Part shown: piece after piece, positions 22,035 through 33,476 of the stretch | How the letters are laid out: each line of letters opens with the position of its first letter | Numbering within the stretch: the first letter of the stretch is position 1 | Assembly: GCF_001194135.2 (NCBI RefSeq) | Contig: NC_068982.1 | Span: 118,335,455-118,369,242 of the forward strand | DNA: 33,788 bases | Direction: 5' to 3' | From: Octopus bimaculoides | Taxonomy: Eukaryota | Position numbers and translations under genes: made by a program | The notes under the pieces: model-generated | What the model was told of the DNA's origin: nothing | Database searches by the model: none | What the model saw: only the letters and a program-made list of their open reading frames with translations

Positions 22035-22228
22035 GCGTGCGCACTCACACACATACACTCGTATACTACAGGCTTCTTTCCGTTTCTGTGTACCGAAACC
22101 ACTCAAAAGCCTTTGTCAGAATGAGGCTATACTAGAAGTCATCTACCCAAGGTGTCACGCGGTAAGACTGTACTCGGAACCATGTAGTTGGGAACCATAC
22201 TTCTTACCACCTAACTAAGCCAACGCCT
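22035..22228 (-). mobile_element. tRNA-derived SINE 5' half ending in a GT/CA-rich tract
   Basis: Reverse complement: aggcgttggcttagttaggtggtaagaagtatggttcccaactacatggttccgagtacagtc (tRNA-like head), then accttgggtagatgactt (CORE/Meta-like ccttgggcaag motif), ...gaaacggaaagaagcc..., then gtgtatgtgtgtg. Confidence 0.75.
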
Positions 22229-22337
22229 ATAAAGAAGATTAGTCTGATGAAACTTACAATCACGCGTTTTAAAGGGGATCGCGTCAAGTACGCGAATTTT
22301 TTTGCAGCAATGCAGGGAGAAGAGGGCGTATGCCTAT

Positions 22338-22485
22338 GTCCCCGAAACTTAGCTGTTCGGTAGAAACACCGATAGAATAAGTACCAGGCTTACAAACAAT
22401 AAGTCTGGGGACAATTTGTTCGACGAAAGGCGGTGATCCAGCATGGCCACAGTCAAATGACTGAAACGTGTAAAAGAGTAAAAGA
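22338..22485 (+). mobile_element. SINE 3' half, same family as 18630-18860
   Basis: gtccccgaaacttagctgttcgg...gatagaataagtaccaggcttac...aaggcggtgatccagcatggccacagtcaaatgactgaaacgtgtaaaagagtaaaaga. Confidence 0.88.
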
Positions 22486-22794
22486 AAATATGTATGTAGA
22501 TGGTGATTGCTTCCTCCTCACAGATAATTTCCATCTCTTTGTATCTCCGCGTTTCAGAAATAGCATTTCTCACTTCTTCCTTCTGTCTATTACCTCTCAG
22601 ATGACAACTCCGTTCCGTTAAAGATATTCGTGGTTTGAAGAATACGAGACAGACTATCGTGCGTAACATATTGTGCGTTTCTATCTTGCTAGATCTGGAT
22701 ACGTAGTTATCCTTCCATCGTCAGAGGTACTTCTATGCGCCTCAAAACCCAAGATTCCTGATTCCCGAGAACCGAATGCAGTTTAAGATCACAC

Positions 22795-22869
<75 letters not shown>
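22795..22869. repeat. (CA)n
   Basis: Seen directly. Confidence 0.98.
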
Positions 22870-22873
<4 letters not shown>

Positions 22874-22950
22874 TATAATTATACACACATTGCACATATA
22901 TCTATCTGTGCGTATGTTTATGTATGTATGTGTATGTGCATTTCTGTAAA

Positions 22951-23296
22951 GGCGCATGGATCAATGGTTAGAGTGTCGAGCTTACCATCTAGTAATTATG
23001 AGTTCGATTCCCCCACGGGGCTGTATGTTGTGTTCTTGAAGAATGACTCTATCTCAATTTGCTCCAGTTCATTCAGCTTTAGGAAAGAGTGGCGGCGTCA
23101 CTGGTGACAAGGTGTATCGGCCTTTGCCATCCCTTGAAGGGCATCGATGGCGTTGCCTGGATTGGAGTGGGGAGAGTAGGTAAGCATGGGCCGCTGCTGG
23201 TCTTTCACATACAACCTCGCCCGGATTGTTCCCCGGAGTGAGCTTTTTTTGGGTGGGTGGCAGTCCCATGGTCATTCGTGACCGACAATTGTCTTT
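22951..23296 (+). mobile_element. tRNA-derived SINE of a different family, near full length
   Basis: A-box-like tggatcaatgg (22957-22967), B-box gagttcgattc (23000-23010), central tgtgttcttgaag...ttgctccagttcattcagct block (CORE/Meta-like), GC-rich body ending cccatggtcattcgtgaccga. Confidence 0.82.
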
Positions 23297-26200
23297 AGCC
23301 GTTACTCTACATNNNNNNNNNNNNNNNNNNNNNNNNNNNNNNNNNNNNNNNNNNNNNNNNNNNNNNNNNNNNNNNNNNNNNNNNNNNNNNNNNNNNNNNN
23401 NNNNNNNNNNNNNNNNNNNNNNNNNNNNNNNNNNNNNNNNNNNNNNNNNNNNNNNNNNNNNNNNNNNNNNNNNNNNNNNNNNNNNNNNNNNNNNNNNNNN
23501 NNNNNNNNNNNNNNNNNNNNNNNNNNNNNNNNNNNNNNNNNNNNNNNNNNNNNNNNNNNNNNNNNNNNNNNNNNNNNNNNNNNNNNNNNNNNNNNNNNNN
23601 ATATATATATATATATATATATATAGGTGAGAAAGTTGGTGTGTGAAAGCACGTGGTTGGATGTATAAAAGATAATGAGAGTGAAAAAACTACAGAAGGC
23701 TTGTGTTACATGGTTAAAGTGTATATTTAAATTATGTCAGAAAAATGTTAGAAAATCTTTTTGGTATATAAACATTGTATTTTGAGAAATAACCGGTTTC
23801 GTGTTGTCTTTTCAAATTTCTAGAAAGAAGTTCTATACATAATTTCTTCGGAATAAACAATTTACAAAAGATAAATATGGAACTCATCTGTTTGTAGAAA
23901 GGAGTATTGAAAATCATATATGAAAGTGAATATGTATATATCGATATTTAGTTAATTGTGGAAACAGAATCCCGCATATATTAATAGATGTAATGTTCTC
24001 GGTATTATGAGGAGAGAGCATAGGTAGGATTTATTATTCGATTAGACTTTACGTTTGTTTAAATGAAAATCACGTCAATAAATGAGAAATTTTGTACCTT
24101 CTTTTGGAATATGTTCTAATTGATAATAATCTTTGAAGTTCTATTTCGTTTTATGTTCTAGCAGTTGATAGCAAGGTTTCTTTTCATGTTTTAATTCTTT
24201 CTCACAGCACAAACTGTTTATTCATCTATTCGAGCAACGCAAGCGTCATTTTGACGAAAGTTTGACGGTATCTTGATTAAAATTTGTCTTTGTTTGTGAT
24301 ATTAGTAAATATCATGTAAAATACTCCAGTCATTTTCATGTGAACAAACTAGAATTCATCTTGATTCTCTAGTGATGGAAATTAGAATATTTACAAAATA
24401 TAGTCATAATTGAGTATTGTTCTCTGCACTCAACGTTAAGTTAAGTGGTTTAATGTTCTTTGTTTTCATTTTCTGCATAATAAGAATCTTGAAATATGTG
24501 TCAGAATTACATTGTGTAACTATTAAATAACAATGTTCTCCACAGGAACACTCGTAGGAATTGTTAAAGCTTAATGTATTTTTCCATATTTTCTTTCTCA
24601 TATTTTCTTTAATAGCTATTTGGCTTCAGTACTGAATTACTTTTGTGGTCATATTTGCCTAAGTTCACTTAGATGTCAATCGCTTGAATTTCATCGGTAA
24701 TATTTCATTATTACAACTCCTATTTACTTGCTGTTATTGAATAGTAACTAAATTGATATTAGTATTGAAATTTATAATTCCATGTATATTTATTGTTAAT
24801 AAGATTACAGTGGTAGAAGGTTAAATTTAAGCCTTTACAGTCTTCATAGACTTTTCTCCTTTCTCGGGATAATTACTGATGCAACTGCAATAACCTCTTT
24901 CTGAGTTTTATTGAATGTCAATCTACTAAGCTGTGCAATAGGATCCGCATTATTATGTTTTCCCTCTTATTAAGCCAAGCGGAGATTATTTTGAAGTCTA
25001 TGCTTATGCCAGTAAGTTTGTCGACGTTAACTCGGTTAACTATTAGAATGTGCAATGCATTGTCTGGTACTTATGATTTATCCAGATGCGTTTTTAATCT
25101 TCGTTATGACAAATTGCTACACTACTGATCTTTTTGCCATATGTTGTTTTTACTCCTTTATTCTTTGCTTAATATTTTGACAGCTTTCATTGTGTTGTGG
25201 TTATTTTATTTAATCGATGTTGTATAGCAAGGGACTTTACTCGGTAGTGTATTTCGAGGTTAAATAGTTGTTGCATTGCATTTTTGGCAGTATATTATTA
25301 ACGTTTTCGACCTATCCAACAATTCAAACGTGTTACACATGATATTTTTGTTGAATAAGTCTTGTAGTCTTTCTAGAAAATTTATTTCTTCAGCAGTATT
25401 GAGACCAATAATGTGTAAACCTTAGAAGCAATATTTTCTCTATAGCCAAAATATTGCTGCTAGGTCTTTTATAAAGATTATTGTATTGACCTGCCAGACC
25501 GTTGGGATATGTTAGAATAAATACAGTACGGAAAATAATGACTGTATCAGAAGTACCCTGAGTTACGAATTTTATATTTGTTTGCCTTATCTCTGTCATG
25601 AATTACTTCCTTCCCATTGTCGTAGACTACTCTAAAACTTAATTTCATACTTCTATCCCGTTACAGATAATTTGTAGCGCTGCATAAACGATGTCGTCTT
25701 GGATATCGATTGCTGTATTTACCTTAAAAGGAAACATTTCCGATCTGTTTATCGGCATTTGGGGGGAAATAATAATCCCTGGGATAGTATTTTAGTGGAG
25801 CCCCACCCCCACATAGACTAAAATATATATCGTCGAGAATATACCGTCATCTACAAGTATTCAGGGATATATTGTCGTTCCGAGTGAAAATCTGAAACCA
25901 GGATATGACCGCCACAACAATATTTGTTTTAAAATAGGTTTTTTTTTCTTGCAATCTTTACAAAGCCTGTTAGTATTGAATTTAAAATGGAAATAATTAT
26001 CACGGGAGAAATGATACTATGAAATAACTGATTGGTACTGACAACAATAGAGTTACTACCAACCGCATCACTTTAGTGAAGTATTGAAGATGGCGTAAAT
26101 ATTTCCATAACTTCACTTAGTCTTTCACTTTGGATAAAGATTTATGACGATACTATCTAAATTTCTGCAAATGTTCCTTCTATTAACCTTAGATGCTTTT

Positions 26201-26912
26201 GAGTAAGCTGCTCGAAATGCTACACATTCCAAGTATATAATTTGAAAACAGCTATTTATCGTCTTCAGAAAAGTGCTTGATTTAATGTAACTGCTGAAGT
26301 ATCAATGGATTTCAAATAACATTCATTTAGAAACTAGTTAAAAGCTGCTCTTCTATAAACCAATAAAACTGTATAAACACAAACAGGGCCACCAGCTATA
26401 GCATTACTTTCACCGAGTATATTTACTATCAATTACAGCTAAATGTAGAATGTACATATATACACACTCACACACACATATATGCGAGTGAAGCTGAAAT
26501 ACGGTTCAATTCATATAACATATGAATTTCTTATTTTTCTATAAATTTTCTAAATCACTATAGGATAGCGTACTGCTTTTGATAAGAATGGGAAAAAAAT
26601 TATCAAACGTGCTCATTCTTAAAGTTGTGGAAGTTATTGCTAGAAGCTATATAAAGTCAACAACTGATGTACGATATATACCGGTTAATCAATGCATGTT
26701 TGTATGTAACAGTTGTTCCTCTGAAACAAAGCCTGCGGTCTACCGCTAATCCACGTCGTTATAAAATTATCTAGCCTAACTTACACAAGTGGAAGTCAAA
26801 ATTATAAGTTCGTGATCATTTCTGCTATGAAATGAAGCATTTTCCAACTATATAAAATTGAGCGAATACTATCAAACTTATTGCACACGAACTACATTGT
26901 ACAGAAAATATT

Positions 26913-26966
26913 ATCTTTTATCTTTTACTTGCTTCATTCAATTGATTGCAGCCATTCTGGAGTCAC
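26913..26966 (-). mobile_element. Short decayed SINE 3' fragment
   Basis: tcttttatcttttacttgcttcattcaattgattgcagccattctggag matches the start of 18630-18860. Confidence 0.7.
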
Positions 26967-27091
26967 AAACTTCATTGCAGGTGATATTTTCCGTTTCATT
27001 TGCAACAGTCTCTCACACTCTCACTTCTATTTTTATTAATTTGCAAAACCCTCAGTTTATCCTATATACAGAATGTATATTTATTGAATAA

Positions 27092-27460
27092 ATGCATGCT
27101 ATTAGACAAAATAGCTGTATGACTTTGATAGGAGGCACAATGTCAAGAGTATTGTCAGTTTTCAGAGTTTGTTATATGAATAGTTTTAATAAAAAGAAAA
27201 CCTTTTAATATACCGGTATATTTTTTTTTTTAATTAAGAAGTGATTTTGTGTTAAATGGATGCATGCAATCAAACAAAATAGCTGTATATCTTTGATACG
27301 AGGCATAATTTCAAGTATTTTATCATTTCCCGGAGTTTGTTAAATGAATATTTTTGATAAGATGAATTTTTATTTTTTTAATACGGCCGCAGTCAAATGA
27401 CTGAAACAAGTTAGAGAATAAAACATTTAAACATTTTTTTTAAGAGGTGATTTTGTGGAT
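27092..27460. repeat. Diverged tandem duplication, period 168 bp
   Basis: atgcatgc...acaaaatagctgtat...ctttgata.gaggca.aat.tcaag...gagtttgtta.atgaata starts at 27092 and 27260; gtgattttgtg at 27241 and 27447. Confidence 0.92.
27385..27423 (+). mobile_element. 39-bp SINE 3'-terminal fragment inside the second duplication unit
   Basis: ggccgcagtcaaatgactgaaacaagt is identical to the reverse complement of part of 18630-18860 and is followed by an A-rich tail. Confidence 0.85.
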
Positions 27461-27759
27461 ATAGGCTGCTTTGGAGCGCTATAAACATTACAGTAATAAC
27501 TATGAGATTGCTACTCTTTCTAGCACGCAAAACAATACAGTTTTAACGAGCTTTTACCTATACGATTTTTCATTTCATGCTTATTTCATTCCTTGTTTGG
27601 AATGTTCTTTCTTCCCTCTTTCTCTCCCTCTCACTCAAACACTCTCTTTGTCTCTGTCATACCCCCCCCCACACACACACACACTGTCTCTCTAATATAA
27701 ACACACATACACACACACCTGCCTTGATCTCGTTATTACTCAAATGTCACATTAGAATT

Positions 27760-29165
27760 ATGTCCCCCAAAAATACGCGACTGAAAAGATCACTTAGCAG
27801 TTAAAGCACGACGACAGAGTGAAATACGGGCAACTGAATCAGATGAAACCAGGGCAAAGCGACTGAGACAAGTATCTGAATACGCACGGGGTCGTAGACA
27901 TGATTATGTTTTCACTACACATAAGTGACTGGCGAGGGTATCTCGAGATGTGTCTTCAAAAGAAGACACTGAAGCAGCTTTCACCATATGTGACTCTTTA
28001 GCTACCGACTGATAATCAGTATCAAATGGGAAGTCAAACATCAGTGAGATACAAACAGAAACACCAGATCCAAAACACTGAGTGCTGAGAGACGACACAG
28101 AATATTTAGAGCAGAAGTACAAACTAGGAAGAATTCTGTTAAAGGATTAGCAATGAAAGCCAGCTCCGATAATTTCCAAGAACAGGCTGTCCTGTCTATT
28201 GTACAGTCACATTATGCAGGGAGGCTCTTTGACCATGTTTGTTCATATTGCAATGCTTCAGGTGGGCTGCTGAATTGAAATCTCTATGTTGCTTTGAGGG
28301 GAATGTGAAACTTGACAATCTGCACCCCCCTCCACCAAATATTCTTAAATACTTCGATGTTACACAAACAAGAAACAATTTCCTACAAATAAACGTCCAT
28401 TTAACAATGCACTAGCATTGCCTTCTCTGAGTTGCCAAGAAATCAGAGCCCCAGAATTTAGACCTACATCTAAGGTGCAGGGAAGAGTTTATGACATGAT
28501 TGGGACGCTACTTCCAAACGACAACATTCCAAAATTTGCTCGAATCTACTTCAATGATACAGATAACGAACTTGAGAATCGTAAGCGGCATAGAAATTTA
28601 AACAGTGAAATTTTGAAAGCAATAGAGGATGACTTGCATCGTTACAGTGCATACATGTAGTTTTAGAGTAGCTATTGAAACTGATGCTTTAAGGGATTTC
28701 GATATTGTTCTATACGCTGACAGGAATAACAAACCCTCTCATTCACATTGTCGAACTTAGAATCTTCAAATGGATTCAGAAATTGCTGCTATTTTGCCAG
28801 GGGAAAGTGCTGGCCACTTGGATGTTATTATTCACAGAAGAGATGGTAATCTACAAAGAATCCATCAGTTGCATCGGTCATATGATCTTCTGCATTATGT
28901 ACTGCTATTTCCCCGAGGGGAGGATGGATATCAGACAGGTCTGTAATGAATAGACAATCGCAAACTTTCTGTCACTGATTTTTATTATTATCGTTTTAAA
29001 GTGAGGGAACGGGATTTCGACACTGTGATGAAACAATATGCTGTAGATGATCAGGCTAAAACAGTCGTTCATGCAAGGATTTGAGGGTATTTGATGGTAT
29101 TGTATACCAAACATTTCAAGACGCATGAAATGCAGATATAAATGCATATATAAGACTCGGTTACA
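27760..29165 (+). mobile_element. Decayed Helitron RepHel gene, N-terminal portion only
   Basis: With frameshifts: MSPK...; RATESDETRAKRLRQ (STPR-like); CSYCNA/RWAAELKSLCCFEGNVKL..PPP; KRPFNNALA...KVQGRVYDMIGTLLP...PKFARIYF.D; EIAAILPG...RRDGNLQRIHQLHRSYDLLHYVLLFPRGEDG; FYYYRFKVR; KQYAVD; YQTFQDA...G. This is the motif order of the Helitron_like_N region. It ends before the Rep HUH motifs. Confidence 0.92.
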
Positions 29166-29329
29166 TATCTACATATAAAATTCTTTGATGTCCGTTAGTT
29201 TCCAATAAAACTGGTATTCTTATTCATAGCAAACAAGGCATAGCTCCAGACTCTAGATCGTGTAGGTGTATTTTTACCCACTCCAAAGTTTACACACGGC
29301 CAGTCATACATCAAATTACGGTCTCCAGT

Positions 29330-29410
29330 AATTTGAAAATTAGTGTCGACCATACACAAAGTAAAGTATCGTCTACATAGAAGTTTTGTAATCATATTAA
29401 TATTACTGCT
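29330..29410 (-). mobile_element. Possible BEL/Pao-type reverse transcriptase scrap
   Basis: Minus frame AVILI*LQNFYVDDTLLCVWST (NFYVDD at 29368-29385) resembles the BEL/Pao RT motif. No other RT motif is confidently seen. Confidence 0.3.
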
Positions 29411-29614
29411 GTTATGACTTTCCTCCTTCACTTTATGCCTCCATCATAGACGGGTAGATTTGCTATTATATATAGTTCGTTTATGATATATAGCATATAT
29501 ATTTATATTTAGTGTATGTGTGTGTGCATGTGCGCGGGCGTGTGTGTCGCATGCTCTCACTACAATGTTTCATTAGACTTTACTATGAGGTTCTCTCATA
29601 CATTCAATTATCTG

Positions 29615-29800
29615 AGACATGCAACATGCATAAGAATATGCAATACATCATTTTACAATAAGAGCACGTCATTGGGCAACCAATTTTGTTGACCCTGGCG
29701 AGCTAACAACGTATCAAATACTGAGCTGCTTGCGGTTGCATGACAATTTGGGATAATTACATAATGAAAGGTTGTATAATCTTATATATGTTGCATGTCT
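29615..29800. mobile_element. MITE-like 186-bp segment with 21-bp terminal inverted repeats
   Basis: agacatgcaacatgcataaga (29615-29635) versus tcttatatatgttgcatgtct (29780-29800), 19/21 complementary. No clear TSD. Confidence 0.45.
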
Positions 29801-29830
29801 AATATAAGTGGATGTACGATGTTACATCAA

Positions 29831-30105
29831 AATAAAATCTCCTTGTGAAAGATAATAGCGGAAATATATAAACATTCTGTTTTTATTTTATTTTAATTAG
29901 TATGTTACAACTCGGTGAAAGTTTCTGTGTATTTTGGAATCTCTTGGATTTGCAGTTTACCAAACACCAAAGAACCTGCCGTCATTGACGAAAAATTCAC
30001 CACTGGAATGCATTGCCACCATCTACTGTGTGTTTTCTTTTGATATGCCTCGGACTTTAAAAAGCATCCCATCGAGTTAATAGTGCGCACATATATATAT
30101 GTATA

Positions 30106-30188
<83 letters not shown>

Positions 30189-30201
30189 TCTCCTTGTGAA
30201 A
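29831..30201 (+). other. 331-bp insert with (AAT)n tail between identical 20-bp direct repeats (retroposition-like, or assembly artefact)
   Basis: aataaaatctccttgtgaaa at 29831-29850 and 30182-30201; (AAT)n from 30143 to 30181 directly precedes the second copy. Confidence 0.6.
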
Positions 30202-30498
30202 CATATACCCTCTCATCGGTGACACGTGACGAAAGGGGATCTCTCTTTCTGTTCACTGCCTTCTTATAGAAAAGACGCATTTTTTTCTGTCTCTTCTCTT
30301 ATGCACGTCTATCTTAGCGTTCGTAATAATTTTCTATCGTCTTGGCTAAAACTGTTTCCCAGTATATTTATACAGTGAAGCTTTAGTATAGCATCGTATA
30401 TTATCGACTGCTNNNNNNNNNNNNNNNNNNNNNNNNNNNNNNNNNNNNNNNNNNNNNNNNNNNNNNNNNNNNNNNNNNNNNNNNNNNNNNNNNNNNNN

Positions 30499-30521
30499 GT
30501 GCGCACATATATATATGTATA

Positions 30522-30557
<36 letters not shown>
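30499..30557. repeat. Exact 59-bp duplicate of 30083-30141 at a gap edge
   Basis: gtgcgcac(at)5gt(at)4gt(at)12gtata is identical at both positions, including repeat counts. Confidence 0.93.
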
Positions 30558-30937
30558 CATATGTTAACATATATATATTCATATATACACACATGCACTT
30601 ATTTATATTTGCGACACATTTGTATGTGTGTATATGTCATGTATATGTATATCCCAATGTGTGTGTTTATGGGTGTATACGTTACTACATACTGTGTATG
30701 ACCCAATATATGTGAGCTCAAATATATGGATGCATAGTGGGTTACACTCTTTCATCTATTTAGTTCCATGCACATTTGAACAGGGTTAAATATTGTATAG
30801 TGCAGGTACAGCTGTCATTTTCAGGGAATATGGCACCATATAGAATAATTCTAAGCAGGCGTCGTGAAACTTCTTGAAATAGATGTAGAATGAACATGTC
30901 ATTGATACTTTCCTGTAATTCATTCATAAATGTGTTT

Positions 30938-31010
30938 GTTTGTGTGTGCACGCGCGCGCGCACGTGTGCATATGAATGTGTGTGCGTGTGTGCGCGTGTG
31001 TGTATATATT
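30938..31010. repeat. Alternating purine-pyrimidine (GT)/(GC)n tract
   Basis: gtgtgtgcacgcgcgcgcgcacgtgtgc...gtgtgcgtgtgtgcgcgtgtgtg seen directly. Confidence 0.9.
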
Positions 31011-33394
31011 ACCTGATTCAAGTTGGTGATGAATAAACTGTAGTGGTGTGATAATGCAAATCCTGTGCCCCTGTGCTTATTGACACGCACTCCCTTTTTA
31101 CACCACCACAGTTTAGTCATTTAAGCATAAGAAGACTGATTTTAAGCTGGAACAGACGTTTCTTGTTTTGTTCACCAAACCTGATACAAGGTGTATAATA
31201 TAAATTATTCTGAAGAAAATATTTTACAAATCTCTATGATGATAAATGTTACTTTTACGCATAAGTTGTGTAAACGAAAAAAAGATGTTCTTATATAATT
31301 TCGTTCGAGTCTATAGAGTGAAAAGATTTTAATTATAATGTCAGTAATATAGCTAATTTAAATGTTAAATGATAAAATAGTTAGAACACAATCTTCATTT
31401 TCAACTGGGGATAATATGCCGCTTCGCTATAATCGTACTGATACACGCAAACTTTTCTTCGTTATTTCTGAAAGGGAGTATGGATGGTGTCTGTTATAGG
31501 TCCTTTCTGTACACTTCTGTATCAGGACTAGCGGTAGTGTTAAGAGAAAAAATATCCAATAATCTATCCTTCTCTCTATTACAAAACTTAATATCAACAT
31601 CCCCAACTCCTGCAACAACGCAAGGTAATGTGGAGCATATTTTGCGTGGCTCCATAATGTAGATTATCAGCGAATTGAACGCTAAACACGAAGAAAAATA
31701 TATTCCTAGGTAAAATATGATCTAATACATCAATTTCTTATGGAATATACTGATGCTAAAGAACGCTTGCATTATCTAGAAGGTTTTTACATATTTTCTG
31801 TCAAAGATGCCTGGTAGAAGGCAACAGAAATTGAGTAAGACGTTATATGTTCAGGCCTTCAGAGGTATTAACTTGTTCAGGCCTGAGTTACCAGTAAAAG
31901 TCTGGTTAGCAAGAGAACAAAGAATAAATGATATCAAGAATCATTTCTCCTGAAATATCTCCAAATCACCGTGGAACTTTGAAGTTCTCAGGCAGTGGAA
32001 TTAATAATCGTTCTCTGAAACGTCAATCTTGGACGATTAATAGTTTAGCATGTGAATCGACGCAGATGATGCAGTTTTAGTTTTACTTACAGATGTATAT
32101 AATACTTAGTTACAAACTAACATTTTCCTTAAGGGTTAAAATTATATAGTGCACACGTACACAAGCACATACGCACATATATGCATGAATATGAATTTTG
32201 TGATAGTTTCTATCGAAAAGATATTGTTTGTAGCAATTAATAGGTACCTACGTCTGTGCTGCTAATGTGTGTGTTTGCATGAGATGAGTAGACCCATCGT
32301 GTGTATAAGATTTTTTGAACCAATCAAAATGAAAATTAATATTAAGAATCACGAACTTTGAATTCTTCGTGGTTATGATGGAGTTATGAACGTGAAGTCG
32401 GTGGTGGAAACGAAAAACAAATTACGTCATTTAATTTCACGTTTATTGGAGAGGATTCAGATCCTGCAGAAGCTAATTTGCACTGATGATAGAAACATAT
32501 ACTGCTGTATTATGTTTACAACTGCCAGCTAGAAACGTACTCATCTAAAACAAACGTGAGTTGGTTAATTTTATTCATATTTCTGATAAGTATAGGAATT
32601 TATAAGATAAAAAATGTATTGAGAAAAAAGACGCAGTGATGCTCTTCGGCAATATTCTAAACGTGGTCAGTTAGAATATTGGAGGTAAAATATATAATCA
32701 AAAAGCCTGGATATTTTCAGAATCATTAGAACATTACAAAAAAATGCATAGCACTCTATGTTTCTTTTCTATATATTCTGAGATCAGTCCTATTAATGCC
32801 ATCCTTTCTGTGTTTATAAAAGTGCATACAACTGGTGTCTTTCCATCTACAAATATCAATTCTCTTCTCTTAAGTTAGAAATAAGTATTTTATTTGTTCA
32901 TGAGATATTTTTTTGTTATTTGAGAAAGTACAGCGATGATGACTTTCTTTGTTTAGAAGAACTATCAGATACATCTTCATCAATTCACTTTTCAACCAGC
33001 ATTTACCGATGAAATTAAATTAAGATTTACTTCTTACGCATTAATTTTCTTTCAAATCTTCATCAAGCTTCCTTTCAATGATTTCCTTGAGATCATTGAG
33101 GTTAGGTGAAAAGGATCCTCAATAAGATATTGTTAAGACAAATTTTGGATTTTCAGCTATCGTAGGAAAACGCCTCAGTTCCTCAAGATAATAACCCTTT
33201 TATACTCAGTTTCCTTACTCTCACTTTTATACAACTTTCTTTATGGCTTTCTTTTTTAAAAACAACGGATTTTCATTTACGCATTCCCACATTTGATGTT
33301 TCAGTCTATTTTGTTTCAACAGAATTATTTTGATTGTTTTTGTCTTCATGGTTGTTCGAAGGAGAAGTCTTGTAAACATTTCATCCCCTTTTCA

Positions 33395-33396
<2 letters not shown>

Positions 33397-33472
<76 letters not shown>
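33397..33472. repeat. (CT)n
   Basis: Seen directly. Confidence 0.98.

Positions 33473-33476
<4 letters not shown>

Noticed and set aside
22951-23025. tRNA gene (also 17277 and 22228 heads)
   Set aside because: A- and B-box-like motifs are present, but I could not see a complete cloverleaf. The sequence continues into SINE bodies.
23626-24050. Possible Penelope-like 3' end (IFNTPFYK)
   Set aside because: The resemblance to the GIY-YIG C-terminus is limited to PFYK. It may be an interspersed repeat, but it cannot be classified by eye.
31440-31960. Possible pogo/DDE_1 transposase remnant (KDAW*KA...SG)
   Set aside because: No catalytic DxH or QPxD motif is identifiable, and the similarity needs several assumed frameshifts.
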